A DNA stretch of 64,000 bases, from assembly GCF_009914755.1 (NCBI RefSeq), contig NC_060939.1; one strand, given 5' to 3'. Shown in pieces: positions 1 through 15,948 of the stretch (position 1 is the stretch's first letter; every line of letters begins with the position of its first letter). The translations under genes and the position numbers were made by a program. The stretch is from the human T2T-CHM13v2.0 reference genome, Homo sapiens. The notes beneath the pieces are model-generated. The model was not told the DNA's origin, searched no databases, and worked only from the letters and a program-made list of their open reading frames with translations.

Positions 1-72
1 ATGGAGGGAGGCATCACATTTTGAAGCCTAGGTGATTAGAGTGGAAGAGTAACACATTTGAAAAATACTGTC

Positions 73-438
<366 letters not shown>

Positions 439-1613
439 TTAATTCCAAAGAAAATGTTCACTAGCTTTTGGGAAGTCAAGACTGGCTCTGAGATGACAGA
501 TGAGAACAAGGATGTCCATCTGGAATTGCTGGCCTGGAGGAGACTGTTGAAAACTTTGATGAGTTTTCTTTGTTTTTGTTTTTGCCCTTGCCTCTCACCT
601 CCCAGTTTGATGAGTTTTTAAAGTTAGTGGGAAGAGCAGGAACCTGATCCTTGAGGAACATTTGTAGAAAGTGGTAGAAGGAAGGGGTAACCAAGCAGAG
701 AAGTTGGGGAAGGGTTGCTTCTTGAGAGAAGAGCCCAAAAAATGAAATGTCAGTGACTACGAAAGCAGAAGAGGACTGCAGTCAGGGGAGATGAAGGGTG
801 AGGGCTCTGGAGATGGAGAATGGGAAATTCACTGAATTGTGTCTGAGATGTTTTAGGTTCCTTTTATCGCTAAGCTCCCCGGAATCATATTTGGTGGATT
901 CCTGCCTTATTTCCCACATATTCTGTCTTTTTTTTGTTTTTAAATCTCATTTTTGGCTTGTTTGTTTTGATTTTAAAGATAAAATCTTTTTATAAATACG
1001 ATTACCCCTGAAACTCTTCTGCTATATTTACACATGTAGTTAACATTTTTCCATTTGTTAGTTTAGGTTTCCTCCTGGGGATCATCGTACATTTATCTGT
1101 CCTCAGTTCATTTTTGTTGCATCCTCCATTGTGCTGAGCACATTATAGATGCTTGGGAGGTATTTGAGGTCACATTAAATTAGGCGGTATCCCTTATGGT
1201 AATGGCTAACCACCACATCTTAGGGGCCATTTGTGAACTTATGGATTATTCTTTTATCTGTGTTATTGTTGAAAGTGCTAAGTATTGACTGGGAGCCCAA
1301 TTTATGTGTGTGTGCACATTTTTCTAGGGAAAGGCCCATAAGTTTCATTAGATTCTCAAAGATGACCTATTGCTATATACTATCATCATGGGTAATATGT
1401 TTACCAGAACTTTCCTAATTATAAATGCCTCTGTTTAGAACTTTTGCCTAACAGGCATATTCAGATACGGGGATCAGCAGTTATTCTGGGTGGTGTGCGA
1501 CTAGGGTGGATAGCAGAGTTGGTGGCTTTAGATTTAGGAAATTTGAGTTCTAAAATCAGTGCTACCAGTAATCGGTGCTGTGACTTTAAGCAAGTCACCT
1601 CTCTGGGCCAGTT

Positions 1614-1875
1614 TCTGTCGCCTAGGCTGGAGTGCAGTGACATGATCTCGGCTCACTACAACCTCTGCCTTCCAGATTCAAGCGGTTCTCCCACCTCAGA
1701 CTCCTGAGTAGCTGGGACTACAGGTGTGCCACCATGCCCGGCTACTTTTTGTATTTTTAGTAGAGACCAGGTTTCATCATATTGGCCAGTCTGGTCTCGA
1801 ACTCCTGACCTCGTGATCCACCCGTCTTGGCCTCCCAAGTGCTGGGATTACAGGTGTGAGCCACCGTGCCCAGCC
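1614..1875 (-). mobile_element. Alu (tail lost), abutting a MIR fragment at about 1500-1613
   Basis: Alu consensus on the reverse strand; MIR-like TGTGACTTTAAGCAAGTCACCTCTCTGGGCCAGTTTC upstream. Confidence 0.85.
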
Positions 1876-2419
1876 AGCTCTGGTGTTTTAATCAAGGAAA
1901 ATTGCTCTTTGGAACTGCAGTGTAAGAGAGATGGCCGTGCTGCATTTCCCAGTACTCATTCTCCCCATGCAGGGACCTCATGGAGCTGCCTGCATCCTCA
2001 GGGGTATGCTTCCTTCTGGTCTCTTCCTTTGTCCTGGGTCACTTACCTGTTGTTGGGACGGGATAAGGAATGGGTCACCTCCAGTTACCTGAGGTATTAA
2101 TATTTATTTACACCCCTGTCCTATCTCCCCAGTTTCCTCATACTTCTGTGAGTCTCTGTGCATAGCATTGTGTCCTACACATAATATATTTGCGGCTGGT
2201 GATTATGGATCTTTTGTTGATTCTCCTGGCTCCATGATATTTCACTAAAATTTAATGGAAGAAGTATTACTTTAATTACACCTTGAATATTTGGTAAAGG
2301 ACTGGCATAGCAAAGACATGATAGCAGAGAGGTGTAAGTGAGAAGTACCAAGGACCTCCAGTTCTCTACAAAAGTAGGCACGAAAAGCTTTATGAAATTC
2401 GTATTCAAGGCTGCCAATA

Positions 2420-2951
<532 letters not shown>

Positions 2952-3312
2952 TAATTCATTGACAGCCCTTTTTTCTCCTCTTAGTGCTAAGCACATAAAA
3001 TAACACTATGCTTATATCTTAGACTGCATCTTAAATATGAGGAAATATAGTAGTTGAGATGATTAATGTTAAATGCAAAAATGCCAAAGGTATCTTTTAG
3101 TGTAGTTTATCTGAAATAGAGAGTATGTTGAAAGGAGTAATGTGAAATTAGGCTGGAAGAAAGATCCTAGCTTTCTAGAGAACCAGATTGATGAATGAAA
3201 TGTGGGTACTATGTGAAGAAGAGTGTTTATATAACAATGTGAAATTTATTATTTAAAGAATTATTGTTTCTGTAATTGAAATCAATCTTATTTAAATTTT
3301 TATTTTTTAAAG

Positions 3313-3357
3313 GATGAGAAAAATCAGTTAATGACAACAAACGTCTGGTTGAAACAG
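3313..3357 (+). CDS. CHRNA5: nAChR alpha5, exon 3 (45 nt, DEKNQLMTTNVWLKQ)
   Basis: ttttttaaag|GATGAG...AAACAG|gtatgt; 45-nt exon also seen in both paralogues in this window. Confidence 0.97.
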
Positions 3358-3625
3358 GTATGTGTGTAAAATTCAAACGGGCACCCAATTAGTGACTGGG
3401 ACACCTATTTTTATTATATGTATTGTAGCAGAAATACAAGAGTATGTATATTTGTGAATACAAATGAATACGTGACTATATGGCCTTGGTGGATTGGCAG
3501 GACACAGAAAGATGAGGGTAGATGGAGTTCTTGTATTTATTCAGCTAGTATTTTTGGAGTGCCTATTATGTGCCAGACACTGTTATGGGGAAACAGCAGT
3601 GAACAAAACAGACAAAAAACCCTGT

Positions 3626-3873
3626 AGTATTAGTCCGTTCTCACACTGCTATAAGGACATACCCAAGGCTGGGTAATTTATAAAGGGAAGAGGTTTAATG
3701 GATTCACAGTTCAGCATGACTGGGGAGGCTTCACAATGATGGTGGAAAGTGAAGGAGAGGCAAAGGCATGTCTTACATGGCAGCAGGCAAGAGAGCATGT
3801 TCAGGGGAACTGCCCTTTATAAAACCATCAATTCAAGATGAGATTTGGGTGGGGACACAGCCAAACCACATCA
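3626..3873 (-). mobile_element. THE1/MST-type MaLR solo LTR with an internal deletion, nested in an L2 (about 3530-4320)
   Basis: GTATTAGTCCGTTCTCACACTGCTATAAGGACATACC...GGGGACACAGCCAAACCACATCA; L2-like flanks. Confidence 0.8.
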
Positions 3874-4982
3874 CCTGCCCTCATGGAACTTCATTCTAGT
3901 GGGGGAAAAATAAACAAGTTGTATAGTACCTTAGAAGCTGATAAGCTTGGGGAAAAACACACTGGAAAAGAAGATAGGGAGTATTGGGGTCGGGGGTGTA
4001 CTTATAAAAATGGTGGTCAGAGAAAACAGCATTGAGAAGATAATGTCTGAACAAAGTCTTGGTGGAGAGGAAGCAAGCCATGTGTATATCTGGGGAGGAG
4101 CGTTCCAGGCAGCAGGACCTACAAGTGCAAAGGTTTCTGAGGCTGGTGTGTGCCTAGTGTGTTTAAGCAGTTGCAAGGAGGCCAGTGTGGCTAGCAGTGA
4201 GAGAACCATTGGGGAGAGGGGGTGTAGGAGATGGCATCAGATAAGCAAGAAGAGGCTGGTGGAGTAGCAGCTGCTTATAGGCCACTGCAAGGATTCTGAC
4301 TCTCTAAGGTGGAAATGGGCAAGAATGAAATGAATTTTTTTTTAATAGATAGTCCCTTTTATATAAAGGACTTTTGTTTTTTTCTGGGCCACCATACATA
4401 TGTCCTAACTGCTGTTGAGCGCTTCCTTTTGTTTTTATCATCCCTAATTTTTATACCTACTATTTGTTTTCTAACCCCGAACTCCTGAAAGGCATATATG
4501 CTTTTCTCAGGGTGCAGCTCCTAACTTGATCACAGAATTGTAACTGCATGGAGGTAGGGTAAGGTGTTGAAATACGCAGAATGTGCAATAAATCCAACTC
4601 CCTTTTGCATGGACCAGAACAGCCAAATTGGGTGACAATACATCTGGAAAAAAGAATGTTTCCCTTGAACCTGGATATTAAGTGCCTGTGGCTTCAAGTC
4701 CTGGATATAGTCAGTCAGTTGATGGGAGAAGAGTTGCCGAGCAGAGCCATGAACACATCTAGCTCTGGTTCTCACCTGTGTCTCACAGGGACCATGGTGA
4801 GAACCACCACACAAGGGGACAGGGTTATCTGGTGCCCATAATAAGAAAGACAGGGAGGTGTTCTCTATTGGGGGTAGAGATGATCTCATGTCTAAAATTT
4901 CTGGTGTGACAAAAAAGTATGGTATTCACTGTTTTTGACTATTAGTTTTATTGAAATTGAGGCAGATTTCTTTGTTTTAAAG

Positions 4983-5092
4983 GAATGGATAGATGTAAAA
5001 TTAAGATGGAACCCTGATGACTATGGTGGAATAAAAGTTATACGTGTTCCTTCAGACTCTGTCTGGACACCAGACATCGTTTTGTTTGATAA
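4983..5092 (+). CDS. CHRNA5: nAChR alpha5, exon 4 (110 nt, [16 protein letters not shown]...[10 protein letters not shown])
   Basis: ttttaaag|GAATGG...GATAA|gtaagt; loop A region with the alpha5-type LFDN instead of LYNN. Confidence 0.97.
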
Positions 5093-6474
5093 GTAAGTTA
5101 TATTCTAAATATAGTTTTATATTTTCAAAAGAAAACATTTGTATTTCTATTAGGCACTAATAATTTTTCTCCCTTTTGAAATTGTTTAGGTATAAAAATC
5201 AAATGACATGACCGCATGTGCCTGGGTATGATTACATGTTTTATAGATGAGGAAACAGAGGCTTAGGGTGGTTGTTCTTTTCCAAGATCACAGAGCTAGC
5301 ACATGGCAGAGTAGGGGGGTCACACCAAGGGGACTGATACCTCCATTTACTCTTTGTTTTACTAGACTACATATTTGGCAGACTTCTAGATTTTTTTGTA
5401 TGTTTTTTACGTCGTTGAGGTCATATTTTATGTTGAATTGTGCATCCTTCTAGTTGTGTTTAAATACTGTATCGTCATTTTCCCACAATGAGGAATGCTG
5501 GGTTAATTATCAATTCATCTTTAGAGGCATCCTACCTAGGTGTGTTTTGAGGATTTTTTTTTTTTTTAACTTAGGGGAGAGGAAAATTCTGGGTACCAGT
5601 TTTATTTTTTTCTAAGACCACTCCTGGGCAAATCTGGGAATTTGTGCTTATCTTAAAGCACTTTGTCTGATTCGAAAGAAGGCCATTTGGCATGAGGACA
5701 GAGCAACTGCTATGCAAAAATATCTTTAATCTTTTGACACTTTTTACCTCCATGCTTCTTAAGAAGTGAACAAAGCTTGTAAGGACACATGATGCAGCTT
5801 CCTGGAGCATCATTTTATTTTCAGTAATTGAAAACATTTTTATATTAAACATGGATATATTACAGAATAGTGTGCAAAAGCCACATGAATTTGAAGACAG
5901 CAACATTTTAAAGAAATCTTATGTTGGTGGTGTGCTTTCCTAGTATATGGATTCTATACTAGACTTTTCTCATATATGAATTCACTTGGTGGGAGAGCTT
6001 GAGAGGCATAGCTGCTTTTCAGGGTCATGCCCAGCTTGGTGTTCATGGTCTTTCCCCATCAAAGTAAAAAACGGCCAGTATTTGCGATGAAGGAAGAAGA
6101 GCACTGTGGAGGGAGTCTAGGAGTGTGGATTCAGGTTCTGGCTGTATGCGTGCCCATTGTGTCAATAGCCTGAGTCTATTCTGTGTGTAAGGTGAGGTCT
6201 TTTCAATCATTAGAATCTCAGGCTTCTGTGAAAATTTGTCAGTTCTGGAGTAGATGCAGAAGAAGGGGTTCAGTTCTAGTAGAGTTAGATATTTAAGGAA
6301 GATATTCCTGGAGCAGGGTCCCTATGTAGCACGTATATCTTATCTGAAGTATAGTAATTTAAAAATTATTTCATGCAATCAATGATAGGCCTGCTTTTAT
6401 ATTAGGCTTATATTAATACAATTCATGTGCATTGTTTAATTTCTGCATTGTTATTTTATATGTGTGTATTTTAG

Positions 6475-7306
6475 TGCAGATGGACGTTTTGAAGGGACCA
6501 GTACGAAAACAGTCATCAGGTACAATGGCACTGTCACCTGGACTCCACCGGCAAACTACAAAAGTTCCTGTACCATAGATGTCACGTTTTTCCCATTTGA
6601 CCTTCAGAACTGTTCCATGAAATTTGGTTCTTGGACTTATGATGGATCACAGGTTGATATAATTCTAGAGGACCAAGATGTAGACAAGAGAGATTTTTTT
6701 GATAATGGAGAATGGGAGATTGTGAGTGCAACAGGGAGCAAAGGAAACAGAACCGACAGCTGTTGCTGGTATCCGTATGTCACTTACTCATTTGTAATCA
6801 AGCGCCTGCCTCTCTTTTATACCTTGTTCCTTATAATACCCTGTATTGGGCTCTCATTTTTAACTGTACTTGTCTTCTATCTTCCTTCAAATGAAGGTGA
6901 AAAGATTTGTCTCTGCACTTCAGTACTTGTGTCTTTGACTGTCTTCCTTCTGGTTATTGAAGAGATCATACCATCATCTTCAAAAGTCATACCTCTAATT
7001 GGAGAGTATCTGGTATTTACCATGATTTTTGTGACACTGTCAATTATGGTAACCGTCTTCGCTATCAACATTCATCATCGTTCTTCCTCAACACATAATG
7101 CCATGGCGCCTTTGGTCCGCAAGATATTTCTTCACACGCTTCCCAAACTGCTTTGCATGAGAAGTCATGTAGACAGGTACTTCACTCAGAAAGAGGAAAC
7201 TGAGAGTGGTAGTGGACCAAAATCTTCTAGAAACACATTGGAAGCTGCGCTCAATTCTATTCGCTACATTACAAGACACATCATGAAGGAAAATGATGTC
7301 CGTGAG
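6475..7306 (+). CDS. CHRNA5: nAChR alpha5, exon 5 (832 nt: Cys-loop, vicinal CC, TM1-TM3, cytoplasmic loop)
   Basis: ORF 6464..7372: [15 protein letters not shown] Cys-loop, SCC loop C, three TM helices; ttttag|TGCAGA and GAG|gtctgt boundaries. Confidence 0.98.
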
Positions 7307-7757
7307 GTCTGTGATGTGTATTTACAAATGCAGATCTTCTTCCATTTTAAGTTCAGAAGTTACTTTCATTAATTTTGGCAGAGTAAACAGCATGACCCTT
7401 AAGTAAGACTAAGCATAGATTGAGGGCCAGAATTGTTGACATATTTTCTATAAAAGATCTTTACTAAGGCTTGTTTCAGTTAAAGCACCTGCAAAATGGG
7501 GCATTTACACAAATCTCACTTCTCCACTTCCCCCATCAGCATCTTGGATAACTCTAAAGAAAATTTAGTGTTATATTCTAAGGAATAATCCTGCCATATT
7601 TCTTGGCTCTGACCTGATGAATTGTTTTAATTTCTTGGGGTGAGGGCAGTGGGTGAACTGTTTTAATTTTGTCTTCAGTAACTTTGTTTCTAAATTGTGA
7701 TAATCTGTAGGCAGAACTCCATTATAACAGTTAATGGAGTTATCAAAAGTTCTTTTA

Positions 7758-8079
<322 letters not shown>

Positions 8080-8710
8080 CTAATGTGGAATTTATAAGTA
8101 TAAAATTCAGTCTTGTCACTGTTATTTCTTCTATTGTGTATTATTTTAAACCTATGACTATAGTAATATTTTCATAATTGAATGTACATTAAAATTATGT
8201 GAATTATAATCTGTAAAGCTATTTTAAATGGAAAATTTCCATCAGGTATGAGGAGACAGAATAAATCTGGCAAAATCACAGCCTTTATCCCAAAAGGGAC
8301 ATTTGATGTATATATTTTTAAAACTTTTTTTCATATGTTAATGATTTAATTTCAATAAGACTTTCCTTCCTTATTTTATTGTATTTCAATAGGTTTTTGG
8401 GGAACATGTGTTTGGTCACATGCATAAGTTCTTTCATGCTGATTTCTGAGACTTTGGTGCACCCATCATAAAAACTTCTAATGCTTGTGGGTTTGTGAAG
8501 TATCTATTTGGTGGTAGCATAATGAAATTAGTTTATAAGGTTTGGAGCTATCAATGGAGTTTTTAAAAGTACATAGATTTGTTAGGTAATGGTTTAGACT
8601 GAGATGGAATTTAATAAATGTCTGCAAAGTATTGTGCAAAAGGGTCATGGCTCATACTACTAGGACCAAGGAGGTTGGTTTTATTTTCAGATAAAAACAG
8701 AGGCAGAGGT

Positions 8711-9037
<327 letters not shown>

Positions 9038-9760
9038 CTAAATTATCCTACACTTTGGAGGCACAGTTCCCATAGAGGACACCATCCTTCATAGAGGTTC
9101 AGGGCCAGGGAAGCCCCTGGTCAAGGAAATGGCCTTGTAGAAAGGGGAGCCCCTGCTGCTTAGTGGCTGGGCTCATCCTTCTTTTTCCTTGTGGTGGCTC
9201 CGAGCTGCTGAGCCAGCTCCCTACTAAAGCTGGCTCCAGGGAAGACTGTTCTGTGCTCATGAAATTAGACTGAAGTGGTCCCTAGGAAATCCAAAAATAA
9301 ATAAAGTGTGTATGTGAGGAAGATGAACAGCTTTCTAACATGTATTATTCTGAACCAACTTTTAATTTGGCATGAAATTAATCTCAGGCTAGAGTCTCTC
9401 AAAATATTAAAATAAGTAAACACTACTGGGCAAGAATAAGTATATATAGTAAGAATAATTTTTTTTAGTTTATTGTAAAATATCCAAGTCTATTTTAATT
9501 TTTAATCTATCAAAATAAACCACTTGTAATATAAGTTGATGTGTAAATGAACATATTTTGTAGTGTCTTTTAAAGCTTATATCTATAGTAGACCTTCAGG
9601 CTAGTGTCTGTCCCTGAGCTGAGTATAGGGTCACTTACCGTTTAGAGGCAGCAATGGGAGGCAGAAATCGATTTGGCTTCTAACTCAGTGTGTTTGTTAT
9701 ATCTTAAAATATGTACACAATTTACAATTATTTAATGCATTTTTATTTTTTTCCTAACAG

Positions 9761-9922
9761 GTTGTTGAAGATTGGAAATTCATAGCCCAGGTTCTTGATC
9801 GGATGTTTCTGTGGACTTTTCTTTTCGTTTCAATTGTTGGATCTCTTGGGCTTTTTGTTCCTGTTATTTATAAATGGGCAAATATATTAATACCAGTTCA
9901 TATTGGAAATGCAAATAAGTGA
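9761..9922 (+). CDS. CHRNA5: nAChR alpha5, exon 6 coding part (TM4, stop)
   Basis: cctaacag|GTTGTTGAAGATTGG = [20 protein letters not shown]...GNANK TGA. Confidence 0.97.
   Translation, partial: VVEDWKFIAQVLDRMFLWTFLFVSIVGSLGLFVPVIYKWANILIPVHIGNANK
9780..9860 (-). CDS. CHRNA3: Alternative terminal coding exon of CHRNA3 (TM4-less isoform), antisense inside CHRNA5 exon 6
   Basis: minus strand aataacag|GAACAA...CTATGA = [26 protein letters not shown]; phase 0 matches the exon 5 donor; AATAAA at 9747-9742; agrees with my recollection of a shorter annotated CHRNA3 isoform. Confidence 0.75.
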   Translation of the reverse strand, partial: EQKAQEIQQLKRKEKSTETSDQEPGL

Positions 9923-10427
9923 AGCCTCCCAAGGGACTGAAGTATACATTTAGTTAACACACATATATCTGATGGCACCTATAAAATTATGAAAATGTAA
10001 GTTATGTGTTAAATTTAGTGCAAGCTTTAACAGACTAAGTTGCTAACCTCAATTTATGTTAACAGATGATCCATTTGAACAGTTGGCTGTATGACTGAAG
10101 TAATAACTGATGAGATACATTTGATCTTGTAAAAATAGCAAAATATTATCTGAACTGGACTAGTGAAAAATCTAGTATTTGTATCCTGGCAAATAATACT
10201 AATTTATAATCCACAGTAAAGTTCATCCTTTGACTGTGCTGGAGAATTCCAGTTGTATTTGAAGACTGATTTTAAAACTTTTCTGCATTTGGTAAAGGTA
10301 TGTAAACTTTCCTGCACTCACTGAGTAACAGCTAATCTTTAATATAATATTATACTGCTATATTTAAAAAGCTGACTACTTGATATAATTACTTAATGTG
10401 ATGCTTGATATAATAATTACTTAATGT

Positions 10428-10806
<379 letters not shown>

Positions 10807-11063
10807 TTACTTTATTCTTTAGATGCTTAATTATTGTGTTAACTATTTCTGTAGCTTAGCTTCCACTGTAAAGTCATACAGTAGACAACTCCTGTGGACA
10901 CGCAGTAGCATATCCTTAACATTAATTTCAGTCCTCTTGTCCACATTTCCCACAATTAATAGAACCATCTTCTATATAAATTGTGGTAGTATCTCTTTAT
11001 CCTTGATCTTAGAATAGTCAGTCCACTACAATTACATGAACCCCATTTAAAAAACATATTTAG

Positions 11064-11388
<325 letters not shown>

Positions 11389-11992
11389 CTAATATGAAAC
11401 ACAGTATTCTAATTTGGTATATGCACACTGTTATATACCTGTAATATTTCAGTTTTCTCTCCTTCATTCTAACAATTACAATAATAGAATCTTAGAGTTG
11501 CAAGGGCCTTTAGATGTAATCAATCTTAGCCTATTACTAGTACAGCGTAAATGATTTAGTACAGTATAATGTATCACAGTTAAAACAGTTAAATTCCATC
11601 TCTAAATGTCACCACTTCAGGTGTGACCAGGTAGCAAACACTGACAGAAACCCTCGTTCAATTTAGAACTCTTAGCTGTTGAGATCACAAACACCTCATT
11701 TATTTATAATAAGTAACCTATCTAAGTTCAAGCCAATGCTCTTTGGAAGGCGGAGGAGACCCTATCTAATTTGCATTTAATCGTAGGCAGGTGTTTAATG
11801 CCATTTAATGAGTGAAAGCCTGGTGTGATGAATTTAGATTGCCTGCCAGCTACCTACCTTAGTTCGTATACATCCCTGATCCCTCTTATACTACCATTAC
11901 TGTTACTTATGATTTTTATATATAAATTTTTATCGACATCTTTCTTTTGACTTATTGAAACATGAGTCACAGCGGGCTGCAATTCTGTCCAT

Positions 11993-11998
11993 TTTATT
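11993..11998 (-). terminator. Probable CHRNA3 distal poly(A) signal AATAAA
   Basis: TTTATT on the + strand, about 1.28 kb past the CHRNA3 stop. Confidence 0.55.
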
Positions 11999-12124
11999 TT
12001 TGCACAGGAAAAACTAGTGAGACAAGATTCAAACAGTCTCTCTCTGTGAATCATCTGTCAGTGGTGATGATCACGTTAAGTTTCAGAAGTGTAGTACATG
12101 ATACTCTTAACAATTTGTCTAAAG

Positions 12125-12349
12125 CAATGTTTCTCAACCAGGGGCAATTTTGCTCCTAAGGGGACATTTAACAATGGAGACATTCTTGGTTATCATAACT
12201 GGTGAAGAAGCAAGGTATGTCATTGGCATCTAGTGAGTTGAGGCTAGGGTACTGCTAAAGATCCTACAATGCACAGGATACCCCCATTCTGTACCAACAC
12301 ATATTTATCCAGCCCAAAATGTCCGTAGTGCTAAGGCTGAGAAACCCTG
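12125..12349 (+). mobile_element. MER20-like hAT MITE in the CHRNA3 3'UTR
   Basis: TIRs CAATGTTTCTCAACC / GGCTGAGAAACCCTG; 8-bp TSD GTCTAAAG/TTCTAAAG. Confidence 0.8.
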
Positions 12350-12362
12350 TTCTAAAGGTTCA

Positions 12363-12692
12363 TGCTGTGGTCCAAATGTGTCCTCCCCCAATTCATATGT
12401 TGAAACCTATTCCCAGCGTGATTGTCTTAGATAGAAGGTGGGGCCTTGGAAAGGTGATTAGGCCATGGGGGCTCTGCTCTCATGAATGGGGTTAGTGCCC
12501 TTATAAAATAGACCCCACAGAGATAGCTAGTCCCTTCAGTCATGTGAGGACACAGCTAGAAGGCACCCTTTGAGGAAGAGGACCCTCACCAGACACCAAA
12601 TTTGCTGGTGCCTTGACCTTGGACCTCCCAACCTCCAAAACTGAGAAGTTTCTGTTGTTTATAATCCACCCAGTTTATGGTGTACTAAGACA
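12363..12692 (+). mobile_element. MaLR (MST/MLT1A-like) solo LTR in the CHRNA3 3'UTR
   Basis: TGCTGTGG...GCCCTTATAAAA...CCCTCACCAGACACC...CTAAGACA. Confidence 0.75.
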
Positions 12693-13276
12693 GTTATATT
12701 AACAATGAATAACTAGGCATGATTTCTCATGGTATAATTTAGAAGTATGCAAGAGAAGTAGTTGAAGCTCTCTGAAATGGAGGCATAGCCCTTTAGACCC
12801 AGTAAAGAACGAGAAATGCATGGTAAGAAATGGGTAACGATGGGGGATTGCTGAATTAGTATAAACCTTCAAAGAGATTATGGGCTAAATAAGAAAAATT
12901 ACTGGGAGATCTGTAGTGATAACTGAATGACTTTTCATATTTCTGAACAGCATTTTTCTATCCAGTTTTGTTTCAACAACTAAAAGGAAACATTTTTACA
13001 TGTATATTCCATAGCATAGCATACTAATCACATAGAATCACATTTTGACATCTCTTTACCATACCAAAAAGGCTAGTTAAATGTTCATTTATCGGTAATA
13101 AATACTCTTGACATTTTTTTTTTTGCATGATTCCAAGATAAGTGGAAAATAAGTAAACCTCGAAATGCCAAAAACAAAGCTGGTAGCTTGATAACAGAAA
13201 GTACGTTCTTACTAGGAAGCAGCCTCCTCCTGCCCTGACACAAGGAAGTCTCCCAGGCAGGCACACAGCTTAGTGC

Positions 13277-13405
13277 TTATGCATCTTCCCTGGCCATCAG
13301 GGGTTGCAGAAACAATCCTGCTGTCCCTAGAATGCACACCAGGGTGAAAACCCACAGAAAAATACGATCAATCACCATGGCAACATACTTCCAATCATCT
13401 TGAAT
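13277..13405 (-). CDS. CHRNA3: nAChR alpha3, exon 6 coding part (TM4, stop)
   Basis: ttttgcag|ATTCAA = [18 protein letters not shown]...MAREDA TAA. Confidence 0.97.
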   Translation of the reverse strand: MQDDWKYVAMVIDRIFLWVFTLVCILGTAGLFLQPLMAREDA

Positions 13406-13811
13406 CTGCAAAACAAAATGATAAAAGAAAAAAAACATGGAGGGAAAGGCAAATGAATACATTTTCAATACTGAAGATGTAATCAACACGTTGCAGTAGA
13501 AGCCATTTTGTCTCTAATATGTAAGAAGCCCTTTTTTTCCTAATTGATGTGGTCTGAGGAAATCCACCATTCTCAAGTTTCTGTTTATGCAGGAGAGAAA
13601 CAGGTATAAAAGATCTGTCATGTTAGATCTGTTTCAAATCAGAAGTTTCCTAAAAATGCATAACCTAGTTTTTCTAAACTGAATTCCAATTTTATAAAGT
13701 TAGTGAAACCAGTTACTTAGGCTTCCATGGCAGGATTCTGGGCCTTGGTTAGAATGGCTAATATAGTCCAATATAATCTACCATTGTTTCAAAGTACTCT
13801 ATCCAGTTTTA

Positions 13812-14177
<366 letters not shown>

Positions 14178-15071
14178 TCATCACTCTTTCCCTCCCCACT
14201 GCCCTCTCCACGATGCCCAGCTGATCAAAAGTCATTTTTACTCATAAGACCAAAGTATCATGGGATACTGTGCAGTTGGAGAGCAGGTTGAACATCAGAA
14301 ATAATTGCTGACAATAAAGTAAAAGATGGGAGAAAAAGCAAGACCAATTGTATATAATACAGCTTCAATTTGGGCTTGAAATAGGAAGGAAAATTGTAAT
14401 TATACTCCTAGACAATTCAGAAAGCAAAGAAGCCATAATTGAATTGAGAGAACCCATGAGTCAGCTGATTTTGAAGCAATAATGAAATTAATAAATTACA
14501 TGCTGCCTCTTTATTATAAGTATACTGAAATGGCGCTGGGAGATGAAGATTTTACATCACCATTGTGAGCCTGAGTAAATGTGTTCTCTTGGTGACACTA
14601 CTGTCATAGGTAAAATTAGAATTATGATGCCATATTTGCCATGAGGTACTTCATTTGAATTCCTAAGACTGGTTTGTGTGTGCTTCAGATACACCTTGAG
14701 ATGTGAGATTCCTACCCACCCCCTACCAGCCACCTCCTAAGGCTCTAGGAGGCAGAGGTGTGGAAAAGCAGAGACTTGGAGACAAACTGATTAGAATCCC
14801 AGCTCTGCTCCTTTTGAGTTGTGAGAATCTGGGTAAATTCCATGACCGCTCTTAGCCTCAATTTCCTTATCTGTAAAATGGGGATAAGAACAGTACTTCC
14901 CTCAGAAGCTTGTTTCAGAACAGAGTCCTTAATGAATAGAGCCTAGTGATACTAATGTTGATTTATAAAATGACCCTTACTCAAGCCTCATGAAGAAAGA
15001 TGACACTTGGGTTTTATACATGAATAGAAATAGTGGTGCAAAAAGAGCTGGCTGGACAGAAATTTTATATC

Positions 15072-15948
<877 letters not shown>

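Noticed and set aside
6877-7071. Similar antisense ORFs opposite TM2-TM3 in all three genes (6877-7071, 19127-19318, 46641-47021)
   Set aside because: They are shadows of conserved hydrophobic codons on the coding strand, with no independent splice or start signals.
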